From: the human T2T-CHM13v2.0 reference genome, Homo sapiens
Direction: 5' to 3' (one strand)
Assembly (NCBI RefSeq): GCF_009914755.1
Contig: NC_060942.1
Length of the DNA stretch: 64,000 bases
Both the position numbers and the translations under genes were made by a program. The notes beneath the pieces were generated by a model. The model saw only the letters and a list, made by a program, of their open reading frames with translations, searched no databases and was not told where the DNA came from. Positions 38,699-53,059 of the stretch are shown in pieces (within the stretch, counting starts at the first letter, position 1; each line of letters starts with the position of its first letter).

Positions 38699-40778
38699 AA
38701 TGCTAATATGCTACAATATTTGATAAATTAGCCCTATATTTTGGCATGCTATATTGTTTCTGCCTCATCTGTGTAGTAAGACTGTCGAAACAATGTCTTA
38801 ACGTGACTTTTTATGGGTGATAATGACATGAAATCCAAGCATAGGTGAAGATGTTATTCCTCATTGATAAAAGGCTGATGAGGAAAAACTTTTATTGAGA
38901 TTACATAAAAAGACACATATTCTAGAAACTTAATATACTGTCCCTATAGTTTAGTAACATTTTCTACTCTCTATATTGGTCCTTAACTTCAATTACAATA
39001 AAATTTCTATAGTTTATTAATGGTGATTCTCTGAACAAATAAAACCCCAGTACCTTCTCTGGGTTTTCACCACGAGTTGAAATTGTTTTAAGCAGAGTTG
39101 GATATCTAAGAATCATGCTTGAATTAGTGAATTATGAGTCTCTGAGACATAAATGTTTAATATTTTTCACTAAAATAAATACATACATATGTATACATAT
39201 GTAAATACAATTCTTAATACAGTTGTAAAGACAAATGGTATAAAATATAATTCTCAAATATTTCTTCATTTAACTATTTCTCCCATTTTGCTTTTTGCAA
39301 ACTAGTATTTGCATCTAAAATTTTCTGAATTTAATTGCATGGTGAATTAAATCTTTCAAGTGATCTTACAGTGTCAGATTTTCTTGTTCACAATTACATT
39401 GTGACAATGGTCTTATAATAATTATAAATTCCTGTTATATCTCTGCATAAATTTTTTACATTCTAGACAACAATATTAATTTAATTTATTAGTAGATAAA
39501 GTAGAATTGATTAGATATGCTATCAATAACAAAGCTAGTTGTTTTTTATATGTTGAATTTAAATAACACCAAATCAACAATTAAACAGCTATATACTTTG
39601 TGAACACTGATTTATTCAGTTTGCCAATAGCTCACCACAGGTGTTTTCACTTTAATCAGATATCTTTTCACCATCACCAATTAAGTCTCTTTGTCAGGTT
39701 TTAGAAATAATAACTGAAAGCAAAGTCGGCTACTCCTATAGTTGTTCATGTCCCCAGACTTACTTATTCAAACAGTAATGACATGCGTACAAGCAGAAAA
39801 AAATACAGTGTGTTTTCTCACTGTTTGATATCAGGCAATGCAGGTAATTCACACAAATATTTAGCACACAGTTATATATATTACAGACAGACAGAGCCTG
39901 AGAATCAAGCATGTAATGTATATGACTATAATTTCTTGCTGTCTTAAATTTCTTTTCAGAAGAGACATGAATTACAACGATTTCTCTAGATTCCATTTCT
40001 AGTTACCTGTTCCAAGAACATGTGGAGCATTGTGATAAATTGAACTTAATTGAATTGCAAGGGGCTCACCATTTCTCAGAAATAGTATCTTTTCATCAAG
40101 CACTAATGTATAACAAGCAACAGAGTGACAGAAGTCTTCTGAAAACACTATATGCATATGCTGCTTATACTTCGAATAATATGTGGTTTTTGAAAATATT
40201 TCGTCTTGAGTTGGGAGGGTAAAATTGTAGAACATGAAAGTACATTTAAAATGACTAACACAGACAATTTCCATGATATTACTCTATGATTTAGGCCAGA
40301 AATTTACCAGAAATACTGAGCTTTTTAATGTACTTTAAACCACCAATGAATACTGCAATGCTTTTCCTAAAAATCACATGAATCAAATACCACGAACATC
40401 ACTAGACCACTCTACCTGCTAACATTTTGACATGTTCGTAAAAATAGTGAACTTTTAGCTACTCAGAAAGTACAGTAGAACATAATAATTACCATTAAAT
40501 ATGTTCTTGAATCTGCATTGTTATTCTAATACATGATGGCATAATTTTCCTTGATTGAAATAAAGTGTTTCTAATTACCTACCAATTTTTAAAAAAACAC
40601 ATCTGGATGTATGCAACATTTAAGCTAATGAAAGTCATCATCAAAAAAGAAGTTGATCCATGCTTAATTAATATAATTATCAATAAGCTCAAGGAAGATG
40701 TGAATAACACACCCAACACATTTTTTCCAGAAACAGAAAATTATGAATTTACACGAAATCTCTTATATTAAAGACATT

Positions 40779-40893
40779 CTTTTTTAACTTGTATTTTAAG
40801 TTCAGAGGTACATGTGCAGGTTTGTTACATAGGTAAATTTGTGTCATGGGGGTTTGTTGTACAGATTATTTCATTACCCAGATATTAAGCCTA
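40779..40893 (-). mobile_element. Very short L1PA13-16 3' end
   Basis: ttttaagttcagaggtacatgtgcaggtttgttacataggtaaa. Confidence 0.85.
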
Positions 40894-41017
40894 ATAACTT
40901 AAAGCAATTTCTTTTGACTATTATAAATTTGGAAAAATGGAGGAAAACAAGAAATGGAAGTAAGAAATTCCATGAGAAAGAAAAATAGGAAATAAAGAAA
41001 TATAAAGTAGGAAAAGT

Positions 41018-41215
41018 GTAACAATAAAGGGTGATTTTGGAGACTTGGTGGGAAGGATGGGAGAGAGGTGAGGGACAAAATATTACATATTGGGTACAGT
41101 GTACACTACTCGAGTGACAGGTGCACCAAATCTCAGAAATCACCACTAAAGAACTTTTTTCATGTAACGAAAAACCACCCGCTCCCCCAAAACTATTTAA
41201 ATACAATTTTAAAAA
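41018..41215 (+). mobile_element. L1PB/L1MA1-type 3' end
   Basis: ttgggtacagtgtacactactcgagtgacaggtgcaccaaatctcagaaatcaccactaaagaac. Confidence 0.8.
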
Positions 41216-41394
41216 GAGTAATTGACAAGATAATTAATTTTAAAATAATGTAATAATGTAGTGAGTGGAAACTCCATCATACCCTGTTCTTGTATACTCC
41301 ATTAAGCAAACAAAGAAACAAAACTAAAACAGTCTAGTCCTTGAGGAAGTGCTGTTTCCCACCCACTTCACTTTCCATTCTTAGTTCCATTTCT

Positions 41395-41530
41395 CTAGCC
41401 CAGTATTTTTCTGGAACCAGAAGCATCATCATTATCTGAGAATCTTTTAACAATGCAAATTCTCAATATCCCCATCCTAGACCAACTGAATCAGAAATTC
41501 TAGAGGCATGACACAGCAATCTGCTTTTAT
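41395..41530. mobile_element. MER5A fragment
   Basis: aatgcaaattctcaatatcccatcctagaccaactgaatcagaaattctag. Confidence 0.75.
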
Positions 41531-42238
41531 TTTTCCATTCATTTTTCTTGGTCCTTTTTTTCTCTGCAAATTTCCCAGTCTATTCTCATGCACACTAAAA
41601 CCTACTACCCTAATCCAGACCATTATCGGATTTTCCTCAATCTCTTTGTGTTCATTGGTTTCCAACCAAAGAATCCAAACTCCATACAAGGCTAAAATGA
41701 CACGGGAGGTAATATGATGTGTTTGTTTGCTCTCTCCCTCCCCTAGCTAGAGTAGCCCAGGAGATTAATGAACTTATGACATAATGGGGTACATTCATAT
41801 ATTTGACATTCAACACATTTATAAAAAGGCCAGTGATGGAAAATTAATGAAATAATAAAGGTACCCACTCAATGCATCTTCATACATCCAGTATTTCCAA
41901 ATACAGGATTTCTGGGGCATATTTCCAATCTGCACCACCGTCATTACAGCTATGTGCAAAGTGCCAGTGGAATGATCTTTCTTAAAACTAGTTATAGGAA
42001 AGTCAACATTCAGTCCAAATGTTTGAGGTCTCCCTGTTGCCTCTAAAATTAAGTACAAGTGATTAGGTATTTTTCAAATTCTCGAACACTTTACTAACTT
42101 TTTCAACCTTCTGTATGCTCTGTACCTTCCAGTTCAGTACTTATCACAAGACTTTGTGCTATCATGCCCACAACCTCACTCTTGCTATGTCTACAGCAAT
42201 GTGTGATTATATCACCATTTGAACCTGTGAAAATTCTA

Positions 42239-42560
42239 GGCCAGGTGTGGCGGTGCACTCCCGTAATCCCAGCACTTTGGAATGCAAAGGCAGGCAGATT
42301 GCTTGGGCCCAGGAGTTCAAGATCATCTGGAGCAACATGGAGAAAGCCCCTCTCTACAAAAAACCAGACAAATAAAAAATACAAAATTTAGTGGAATGTG
42401 GTCATGTATGCCTGTAGTCACAGCTACTTGAGAGGCTGAGGAGGGAGGACCGTCTGGGCCTAGGGAGGTCAAGGCTGCAGTAAGCCTTGCTTGCACCACT
42501 GCACTCCAGCCTGGTTGACAAAGCAAGACGCTGTCTTAAAAAATATATATATATATATAT
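42239..42560 (+). mobile_element. AluJ with (AT)n tail
   Basis: gcttgggcccaggagttcaag, gaggtcaaggctgcagtaagcc J-type diagnostics. Confidence 0.92.
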
Positions 42561-42568
42561 TTTTTAAA

Positions 42569-42755
42569 TTCAATTTCATCATCTCTTATTTCTTAATAAA
42601 ATGAGGTCACTTATGTCCTCATTTTATTTTTGACCACCTCTCTTGGCCATGTCTTTCCTTCAATGTTCTCTTTGATCATTTGCTCACTCAGCTTCTTTCC
42701 AGGAATGAAGTTCAATCTCAACCACAGAGAACAGTTTTGCCACACCTCATGTTCA
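42569..42755 (+). repeat. Dispersed direct duplication, copy 1 (~187 bp)
   Basis: About 90% identical to 44200-44384 by manual alignment. Confidence 0.92.
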
Positions 42756-42856
42756 GTTATATTGTAGACATGTCTTCCCATCTAAATTTCTGTTCTTTAT
42801 CCAATATCGGATAATTTTTAAACTTTTTACAATTATGCAAATATTTGTTGGCTCTC

Positions 42857-43258
42857 TGTTTTAGTTTGCTATGGCTGCCACAACAGAGCTCCACAAACTG
42901 TGTGTTAAACAAAAGAAATGTATTTCCTTATACTTCTGGAGACCAGAGTTTAAGATCAAGGTGTCAGCAGGCTTGGCTCCTATGAGGCTTGTGAGAGAAA
43001 AATCTATTCCAGGCCTCTCTTCTTCGTTTGTAGATGACTTTCTTTCCTTTCTTCACACGGTCTTCCCACTGTACCTCTGTCCAAGTTTTTCCTTCTTATT
43101 AGAACACTATTCACATTAGATTAAGGTCTTCCTATTGAATTCATTTTAAATGAGTCACCTCTTTAAAGACCCTTTCTCTAAATCAGCTCACATTCTAAGG
43201 TAATGGGCATTAGGACTTCTGTATACGAATTTTAGGAGGGATACAAATTAGCCCATAT
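42857..43258 (-). mobile_element. MLT1A/B-like LTR
   Basis: tgttttagtttgctatggctgccacaacag...aagatcaaggtgtcagcagg...gggatacaaattagcccata. Confidence 0.8.
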
Positions 43259-44199
43259 TGTTTCCCTTAAATCATGCATAATGACATAATTCATAACAGC
43301 GTGTATAAGGGGTGTTATATGGAAAGTATAACTAATTGCATGGACAATTTAAGGGCAAAAAAAGCCTCACTGGTTAATTCAAGATCATAATATTTAATCT
43401 TCAAGGTCTAAACCAGTTGAAGTCATCATGAAGTTTTATTTTTTAAATATTTGTCTCTCTTCCATTAATAGTTTTCTCTATTGGTATGTTTAAAAGTGAC
43501 AGGAAATATATAGAATAACATGAAGTCTATAAATTTGTTGAGAAATAAAATGCCTTCTTAAGAGTAACAGAAGACCTTTAGCAAATTGTTCCTTTGCTGT
43601 TGTACTCCAGGCATTGAGAAAAACCCAATCAATTTCTGTTATATTCAATCACAAAAAAAAAAAATCATTTTTGAATAAGTTTGCTTGAAAAGAATCCCAT
43701 CATATCTAATGGTGTTGTGGTGTTGTTATTGTTTGACATTATTCCCTACAGAGAATTGGTTTGGACAGAAATAAGCTAAACTGAATTGGGAAAATTTTTC
43801 AATGATATTTCTGACCATCAGTTATCAAATGATTCATGTTATGTCATGTTGTTTATAAGGTACCAATAGCACTTAAAATATACCTGATGTCTTTAAATAA
43901 TGACTTTATCTGGATAGAAGACAAAAATGACATAACATCTTTCAACTTCCAAGAGTGAATCCCTTCAACATATTTATGTAGAACACCTCTAACAATTGTA
44001 GAATGAACAGAAAGTAGCAGTTTGTTGTTGTCAATGAGAAATAAGACATATGTTCAACCTTAGCATAAATTTATTGTTTTCTGTATGACATGATACAAAA
44101 TGCTCATGCTGTAAAACTTTTAAATATCGTTAAAAATTAATTGATTCATAAATTGGCAGAATCATAAAAAGTTGAATTTATGATTAATTTTAAATCAAT

Positions 44200-44384
44200 T
44201 TCAATTTCATGATCTCTTATTTCTTAACAAAATGAGATCACTTATGTCCTCATTTTTATTTTGACCACCTTTCTTGGCCACGTCTTTCCTTCTATGTTCT
44301 ATTTGATCATTTGCTCACAGCTTCTTTCCAGAAATGAAGTTCAACCTCCATCACAGAGAACATTCTTGCAACACCTCATTTTCA
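44200..44384 (+). repeat. Dispersed direct duplication, copy 2
   Basis: About 90% identical to 42569-42755. Confidence 0.92.
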
Positions 44385-45376
44385 TGAGATCGTCATTTTT
44401 TAAAAGATTTCAAGAGATTATCATTTAAAAAAAAAATGAAGAAATGAAGTATTGTAGATGTTTGACCTCTTTTTCAGCCGTGTGCTAGGTGCTACACACA
44501 AAAAAGATGATTTTATATAATTCATCATTTCTCAGAATGTATAATCTACTCAAAAGGAAAGCTATAACTATGTGAAAATTTAATAAGGCAAATATATTCA
44601 TGGGAAAATGTGTAAGTACCATAAATAAAACATTTTAAATAATATACATTCAATCTATATGAATATGAATGGCAGGTGTTGGCTAAGTTTTTGCTGGACA
44701 CAACTAAATCTTATTTCTGAAGTGATTTCTTACTTTCAAGAGGTTAAGACATAGGGGTTTACATGTGAAGACATGATTTTATAAGCTGTCTTGACAGCAG
44801 AAGAAAAACTGAAAAAAAGAAATTTTATAGTCTGATCCATCCTCACGTTTTAAAGGTATCAGATTATACGCCTTGTCATAGGTCAAAAGTTAGTATGTTA
44901 AAGACCTCTCCAAATGGGCAAAATTCATCCAGGTAATTTAGTTTCTTCCTGTCCAGTTACTGACAGATGCCTTTGAAGTTGAGCTGAAAATGGACTATTT
45001 GGTTCCCAATAAGTGCTTTTTGTTTTGGCATGGTATGGGATAACAAACAAACAATGGCTTGGATTTAGAATAATCCAATTTACTTCATCCAAAATGTCTT
45101 TTACTTTTATGTCAGAATTCACTTAGGAACTCCTGAAATAAAATGCGTAGGTATCCTCCCTATCTTAATTCTTCCTGTCCAGTTGTCATAACTTGTGAAA
45201 TTTGCCCCAAACACAATGTCTGTATAGCAATTTGACATGTTCATGCAAGGAGAGAAAACATTCCAATTGCATAAGATTAAGTGAGAAGCTGTAGTGTGTG
45301 CTGTAGTTATATCTCAGCTTCCTCCATAGCAAAATTGTATCTTGTATTTGTGGTTGTGCATTATCATTTTTATAGG

Positions 45377-45576
45377 CTTTTTGTTTTTTGAAATAAAATC
45401 TCACTCTGTTGCCCAGGTTAGAGTGCAGAGGTGGGATCTAGCGCGCTGCAGCCTCAAACTCCTGGGCTCAAGTAATCCTCCTGCCTCAAGGCCTCAAACT
45501 CCTGGCCTGAACCAATCCTCCCACTGAGGCGTCCCGATGTGTTGGAACTGTAAGCATGGGCCAGTACGCCCTGCTA
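45377..45576 (-). mobile_element. Internally deleted AluJ
   Basis: tctcactctgttgcccagg...gcctcaaactcctgggctcaag joined to a left-arm piece. Confidence 0.8.
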
Positions 45577-47487
45577 GACTCCTCGTTTTTAAGTAAGAAA
45601 GAAAAGTCATACACATTGTAAAATCTTGAGAAGAAAGTAGGTGGGCCTAAGAAGCCCAGAAAAACTCACTCATGAGAAGAAAATTTGGTAAGGAAACTTA
45701 CTGAGAGTTGTATATGCCTAAACAACATAAGCTTAGCCATGCACAAGTTTCACTAGAGTTTTATTGGTTCTGGGTAGTCACACCAGGATACTTGAGCACT
45801 GTGTAGTATTTTTGAAATGCTAGATAAACATTGTCACAAAAGATCAAAAAGTCATGGTTCCTATATATACCATTGAGAATCTTGTTGACATAGAAGAAAG
45901 TGCTGGAAAGTCTTTGAGGAGCTGAAAGAAAAGTGATGAAACAAAGAGATGGTTTAGAGAATTGAGTTTGAAAGCAAGATTGTGATGGTTTGGGGGATTA
46001 AAGAATCTTTCATGACTATATAATATGAAGATCAATGGTGAAATGCGTTACTTTGAAAGTGAGACTGCATTAGCCACTATCCACTCCTGGTAGCAAAAGT
46101 TGGCTGTAATGCAAAGCAAATATTGTAATTTGAATAAAGAAATACTCATTGGAAGCAAGTGGCCATTTACTGATTATATTGGAGGTGAAAAAAAAAACAT
46201 GTGGCCCTTTAAGTGTCCAAAGATAGACACATTCTGCTCTGGAGTAGAAATTATGAAAACAAAGATAAAATCTTTCTTGGTATATTACTCCAAAACTCCA
46301 GGGACCTTAAAATAATGTCGGAGTGTGCACTGCTTGTTATATAGTGCTCAAATAGTAAAGCCCAGTGAGAAAGTAGGTTATTTAACTTTGGGTACATTTA
46401 TACCGAAAGAAAGAAAATCTTACAAACAGTGCCTCTGGATAGTAGACAATACATCAGGAATGTATTTATTAATATCTAAACTATTGATTTATAGAGAGTA
46501 GAGCGAAGTGGGCTTTTTGCCTCAAAATACATACTTAACTGCAATTTTTTGGACCAAATATTATGCACAACATTCGCAGCATATTCTAAGCAGTATCTGA
46601 TTAGGGGTGCTCATGAAGATGTTAGTGATTCCATGAAGGACTTACAAAACAGTTCTGGATCAAGAGGCACTTAGGCTTCAAAGGAAAGTATCACAAGAAA
46701 GAAAAGATAATGGAAGAAATGGTTATGTCACTTTCTTGAAGATGTCCAAAGTGCTAAAGGTCTGAATGATCACCCCATTCTCACATTTAAAGACATCACG
46801 GATCTTTCAGAGAGGCCAGGATTTTGTGACAATGAAGAACTTAATCCTAATGTATTCATTTTGATGCTATCATTGATTACAGGGAGGAGAAGATGAGTAG
46901 CCATGAAAACCAGACATCAGCAATTTAGTTGAAATTTTAGGTTATGCAAAAAAAAAGATTTAAAAATCCTGTTAATGATAACTCCTGATGTGAACAGATA
47001 TATCACATAAAAAAACTGTAATGGCATGTCAGTCTTATGGTATCTGGATTCTTGGAATTTTGATCAAATGAGCATACAAACTAGTTTCTTGGATTCAGAA
47101 ATCGATTAATCTCTCATATTTACTGTTTCCCTGGCTCCTTCCCTGGAGCTCACCTTAACCTACTTGATGACTGTCCTTAATTGCCCTCCTCACCAAACAT
47201 ATTCCAGCAACACTTCCAATGTTAAGTAGCAATTGTGTTTGGTGTAATTTGAATTCCTTATGTATCCCAATCATGTTATTTTGATTCTTAGTAACATTAG
47301 AGTTGAATGATTAACTATCACAGTTTTTACCTGTTATCCAGTTGTAATTGTTAATAGTACATGATTCACACTCAAAACTGATGGTTTTTATTTTCAATAT
47401 GGACACTGTAGCTACAGCAGATATTTGTTGCAGTTTAGAAAAAAAATGAATTGGTATTTGAGACTGTGTGCACTATCATGTTATGCC

Positions 47488-47555
47488 AAAAAAGAGAGAG
47501 AGAGGAAGGAAGGAAGGAAGGAAGGAAGGGAGAGAGAGAGAGAGGGAGAGAGAAA
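47488..47555 (+). repeat. (GA)n/(GGAA)n purine microsatellite
   Basis: agagagagaggaaggaaggaaggaaggaaggaagggagagagagag. Confidence 0.9.
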
Positions 47556-49239
47556 ACTAATCACCAAAAGAAAGGAACCAATCATCACAGTTCATTCATT
47601 GGTTAGTAGCTAGGTAGTTTGTATTCTACAAATCCTGGTTGAATTTTTATGTAGGCATTTTATAGTGTTTTAAAGGTACATGAAGAAAGTTGGGGTTCTG
47701 TATAGACTTGAAATGCGTTATTGCTTTTCTATTTCAAGTAATGGTATATAGATGTCCGCTATCTGAAATTTCATTACCCAGTCAATTTCCAGGGACTGAT
47801 CAGATTCTGGTAAATAAGAAATACTTGGACTATTATTTGATCAGAAGGCAAATAATAGATTTAGACAAGAAAGGATACTTATAGTTTCCTATATGTTGTA
47901 ATAGAAGATTGTTGAGTTTGTTTTATTCATAGAAATAAAATCCAATAGGGATAGAAGGTCTAATCCTTTTTGTTCAATATCTTTGTCTTAGTCAACAAAT
48001 AGAAATAAAATTGCTGGTTAGCATCCTTAGATGAAATTAAGAGATTAATTGCATTTATAAAGACTTGAATTAGAACAGTGTTTGTTTCTATCTGATTTAT
48101 GGCACAAGCTATTTTCCTTTTTAATTACAAAACTAGCAAGGACAAATTTGTTAATCTTCTTGGAAAGAAAAGTTTGTTTTGTTTTAGTTTGGTTTTCTTT
48201 GATCTAGTGTGAATTAACAAATTTAGTTGCATATCAGGCAGAAAGAAACAGAGAGAATTGTTCTAAAAATATAAGAGATTATCAAGATTAGTATTGTTAA
48301 ACTACTATCACGCGCTGACACAGCTTTTATTTAAGTTCATAGAAGAAATGAATAGATCTCTTCTGTAACTGAGATTCAGCTAGACTTTTATGTGATCATC
48401 CTGTTGCCAGTAATAAACCAGGACTTATTCAAAGACAGTAAGCTAGCTCTTCTCTTTTTAAAGCTGAATTACGCAGCATTTTAACAGTGAGTGAAATCAC
48501 AGAGATTTCATTTAGGATGCGCTGCCTCCATTGGTAAAAAAACTGATGCCGATTGAGGACATATACAAGAATGAGCTGGCTGACTTGGGAATATTAGCAA
48601 TGCTTTTTTCTTTTCCTTTAAAAATAAGATTAGCATTTGCATTATAAAAATAGCCATGTGTGAAATTAATTAAACTTCATATAAACGCTGATTTTTCAAG
48701 TTTTATAATTATTTTACTGAGAAATTAATACAGAAGTGTACTTATGCCAAGCAAAGCACAGGTGATGCTTTCTTGGGACCAAACCTTGAGAAATTATGGC
48801 CAATCTAACTGATCCTATTTATAATGTAACTCTTTTCACACTCAGTATCTTCATATATAAATATTCTCTTTTTAGATAGGGATATTTGATGCACCTATTG
48901 GGACAAATAAAACCCTTACAGAAAGTGCTTTTTATACATGATTATCAATTTACTAACTGTTACCAAATAGCTTCAATAATTATACATTAGTTTGATCATA
49001 CATTGAATAGCTTCAATGATCATACATGAAATTGATATTTGTTGAGCAAAAAATTCATTATAGAGTATAAATCATGATAACAAGTCATCATTTCCTCTAG
49101 TCATAACCATTTTATTTTAACCAAGTATATTTGGAATAACATGCCATTTTAAAATAAATAACTAGTTTTTCAAAAAGCATAAGGAAGGTATTAAAGCTGT
49201 TAATATAAAATTATAAAACAAAAGAAAAATAAGAATTAA

Positions 49240-49622
<383 letters not shown>

Positions 49623-49683
49623 TAATATTTGATAAACCTTACCATGTACTAGTGTGCTATGCATGCTGATATAACTGTAAGTA

Positions 49684-50289
49684 CAGTGAGTAACTTTGTT
49701 TTGTTCCACATTGTTTTGTTGCAATGTTGATGAGAAAAATATATATATATTCATGGCAGGGGCCACTTTCTGTGTGGAGCTTGCATGCTGTACCCATGTC
49801 TGCCCAGGTTTTTTCTGGGTACTCCAGTTTCCTCTCACATCCCAAAGATGTGCACCCTAGGTTCGATGGCATGTCTACATGGTCCCAGGGTGAGTGTGAA
49901 TGTGAGTGTGTGTGTGAGTGCATCCTGGGATGGAATGGAATTCTGTCGAATTCTGTCCCACCGTGCTCCCTGAGCTGACTGGAGCTACCTACAACTTGAA
50001 TTGGAATAACTGGGTAATTAATTATCTTACTTGTTTTAACTAATCTTTCTTAAATGTATGTATAGCTCACATTTATTTCAGTGTTCAATTTTAAAAGTGT
50101 TTTGGTCTTTAGGAGATTTTTGATGTTTTCATAACCAGAAATATGCTGATACACAGTTGGAACTTAACTCTTATTTATATAAATTATTATATAAATTAGC
50201 CTGTGGTGAAATTGGTTTTGTTATATGTCGTTGCACTTAAAATTGCAGTATCCAAGAGCCAATTGATGATTTTAAGTAAGGACTTACTC
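49684..50289. mobile_element. MER6A (TcMar-Tigger)
   Basis: TA-cagtgagt start; tgtgtggagcttgcatg...gggtactccagtttcctctcacatcccaaagatgtgc; end taagtaaggacttact. Confidence 0.85.
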
Positions 50290-50879
50290 CATGCCACATG
50301 CCAAAACTTTTAGATTTCCCAGTCTCAAGCAGTATAAGTAAATAACATGTGATAATAAATGCTAACATAGATTCATATTATTAATTGTACATCTTTTTAC
50401 TATATTAATTGCAACAAAATTGATAAAAATAATAAATAGAGAAAAAATCATTTCATGCATGAGAACATAAGAAAATTACCTCAACTCCAAACCTAAATCA
50501 TGAAGCACAATGCTTAATACTATAAGATCTGGAATAAAATGAGACCACATGAGAAATAATAAAGATTACCCCCATTTTTACAGGAAATAAAGATTATTCT
50601 AAAAAATAAATGCCACCTACATGAAAGGAATAACCAACCAAACTTTCATTGAAGCAATAAAGTTTAAGATTATGAAGAGGTCATGCTAAAGTTGTTATTT
50701 TTTTCTTCTACACAGATTTGCTTAGACCTTACAAAACTTCAAGGTGTTAACATTGAAAATAAAAATATTGTACAAGATTGAATAGTTGAGTAGTTCCATA
50801 ATACTGCTTGAGCAGCAGCTAGGAATAGTAGAAACTACTAGATCCAATACAAAAACCTTTGCCCTAATGGACTATTACA

Positions 50880-51130
50880 TACATACAATATAAAATATAA
50901 TATATAAAATGTATATATTATATGATATACAAAATATAATGCATAATAAAATACAATATGTAATATACAAAAATATATATAATATTGTATGCATATATCT
51001 TTGAAATATTGAAAGTAATGGCAAAAAACACAATTACTTTTGCACTAACCTTATATATAATATAGTACAATTTAATATATATAGTTACACTATATACATA
51101 TAATAACACAATTATATATAATATATGTAA
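50880..51130. repeat. AT-rich low-complexity tract containing a partial MADE1 (51008-51053)
   Basis: aaagtaatggcaaaaaacacaattacttttgcactaacct within (TA)-rich sequence. Confidence 0.8.
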
Positions 51131-53059
51131 CATTTTTTCAGGTCTTGAGGTGTAATTGACAAACAAATCATATACATGTAAAGTATACAACATGATGATT
51201 TGGTATAGGTGTACATGGTGAAATGATTACCACAGTAAAGTTAGTTAATACATCTATATCCTCACACAGTAATCTTATTTATGTGTGAGAATGCTTAAGA
51301 TATATGCTATAGCTAAGTTCAAATATGTAATACAGTATTATTAACTATAATCATGATGCTGTACATTAGATCTTTGGAACTTATTCATCTTATAACAGAA
51401 AGTTTGTACCCTTTGACTAGCATCTCCTAATGACCTCCACCATCATTCCATTGAAATCACTATACTATTCCCTGTTTCTGGGAGTTCAACTTTCTTTTGT
51501 TTAGATTCCACATGTAAGTGATACCCTACAATATTTGTCTTTGCCTGTTTTTTTTTACTTTGCATAATGTTGTGCAGGTTCATCCATGTTGTCCCAAATG
51601 GCAGAATGTCCTTCTTTTTGAAGGCTGAATAGCATTACATTTTACATAAATAAATCAGTTTGCATCCTCACCAACAGTGTACAAGCTTGCTGACACTTAT
51701 CCTTTTTGACATTTTTATAATAACCATCCTAACATGTATGAGCTAATATCTTATTGTGGGTTTTTGTTGCATTTTATCCTTTAATTTGTTAATGTGGTGT
51801 ATCACATTTATTGATTTGCATGTATTAAACCATCTTGCATCCCAGGAATGAATCCCACTTGATCACAGTGCATGAGCTTTCTAATGTACTATTTCATTCG
51901 GTTTGCTAATATTTTGTTGAGAATTCTTGCATCTATGTTCATAAAGGATATTGGCATGCAATTATTTGTAGTCCCTTTGTTTGATTTTGGTAACAGTGCC
52001 TCCTAAAATTAGTTTGTTCCCTTCTTTCAATTTTTTGGAAATGTTTGAGAAGGACTGACATAAATGCTCATTTAAATAACCAATGAAGTAATCTGGATCT
52101 TGACTTCTTTTGTTTAGAGGTTTTGATTACTGATCAAATCTCCTTATATATTATTGGTCTGTTCATATTTTATCTTTCTTCATGATTCATTCATGGTAGG
52201 TTGTGTGTTTCTAGAAATTTGTAAATGTATTCACCTTATTTATTGACATATAATTTTCATAAGTCTCTTATGATTCTTTGTATTTCTACTGTATCAGTTG
52301 TAATCACTCTTGTTTCATTTTTTATTTTCTTTTTTCTCTTTTATTCTTAGTCTAAAGTTTTATTAATTTTATCTTTTCAAAAAATGGGTACTTAGTTTCA
52401 TTAATCTTTTCTGCTGTATTTCTAGTGTCTAATTTATTTTTACTCCCGTCTTCGTTATTTCCTTCTGCTAATTTTGGATATAGTTTCTTTTTCTTTTTCT
52501 AGTTCTTTAAGGTTTGATGTTAGGTAGGTTGTTTATTTTAGCTCCACTTCTCTCTTTAATATACAAATTAATCACTATAAATTTCTCTTCTAGAACTACT
52601 TTTGCTGTACTTCAAAAGTTTTGGTATGTGGTCATTTATTTCCACATATCTCAAGATGATATTTCTAAATTTCCTTTTTGATTTTTTGACTCATTGTTTA
52701 GACCTATGTTGTTTAATTTTCACATATTTGTGAATTTTCCAGCTTTCCTACTGTTACTGATTTCTACTCTCATACCACTGTACTGAAAATAAATACTTTC
52801 TGTGATCTCAATCTTATTAAATTTGTTCAGACTTGTTTTGTGAACTTACATACAATCCATCCTGGAGAATTTTCTGCATGTGCTTATAAAGAATGTGTAT
52901 TCTGCCACGGTTGATAAAATCAACACTTTCCACACTTTCCTGACCTGCAACATTTCTGCAGAGAAACTGATAGCCTTATGATGTTCCTTTGTATGGGTGA
53001 TTTTCTTTTCTCTTGTTCCTTTCAAAATTCTTTTTTGGCTTTGATTTTCAAAGTTTTAA

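Noticed and set aside
40779-41215. Opposite-strand L1 3' ends as a twin-priming inversion
   Set aside because: Both are 3' termini of different subfamilies, hence independent insertions
44943-45184. 16-bp direct repeat ttcttcctgtccagtt (44943, 45169)
   Set aside because: Only two copies, no extended flanking similarity; cannot be distinguished from a small duplication or chance
46500-47050. Possible processed pseudogene or transposase remnant
   Set aside because: Manual translation gave no recognisable protein and frequent stops; no poly(A)/TSD pair found
48966-49027. 40-bp-period imperfect repeat aatagcttcaatRatYatacat
   Set aside because: Diverged two-copy slippage in AT-rich DNA
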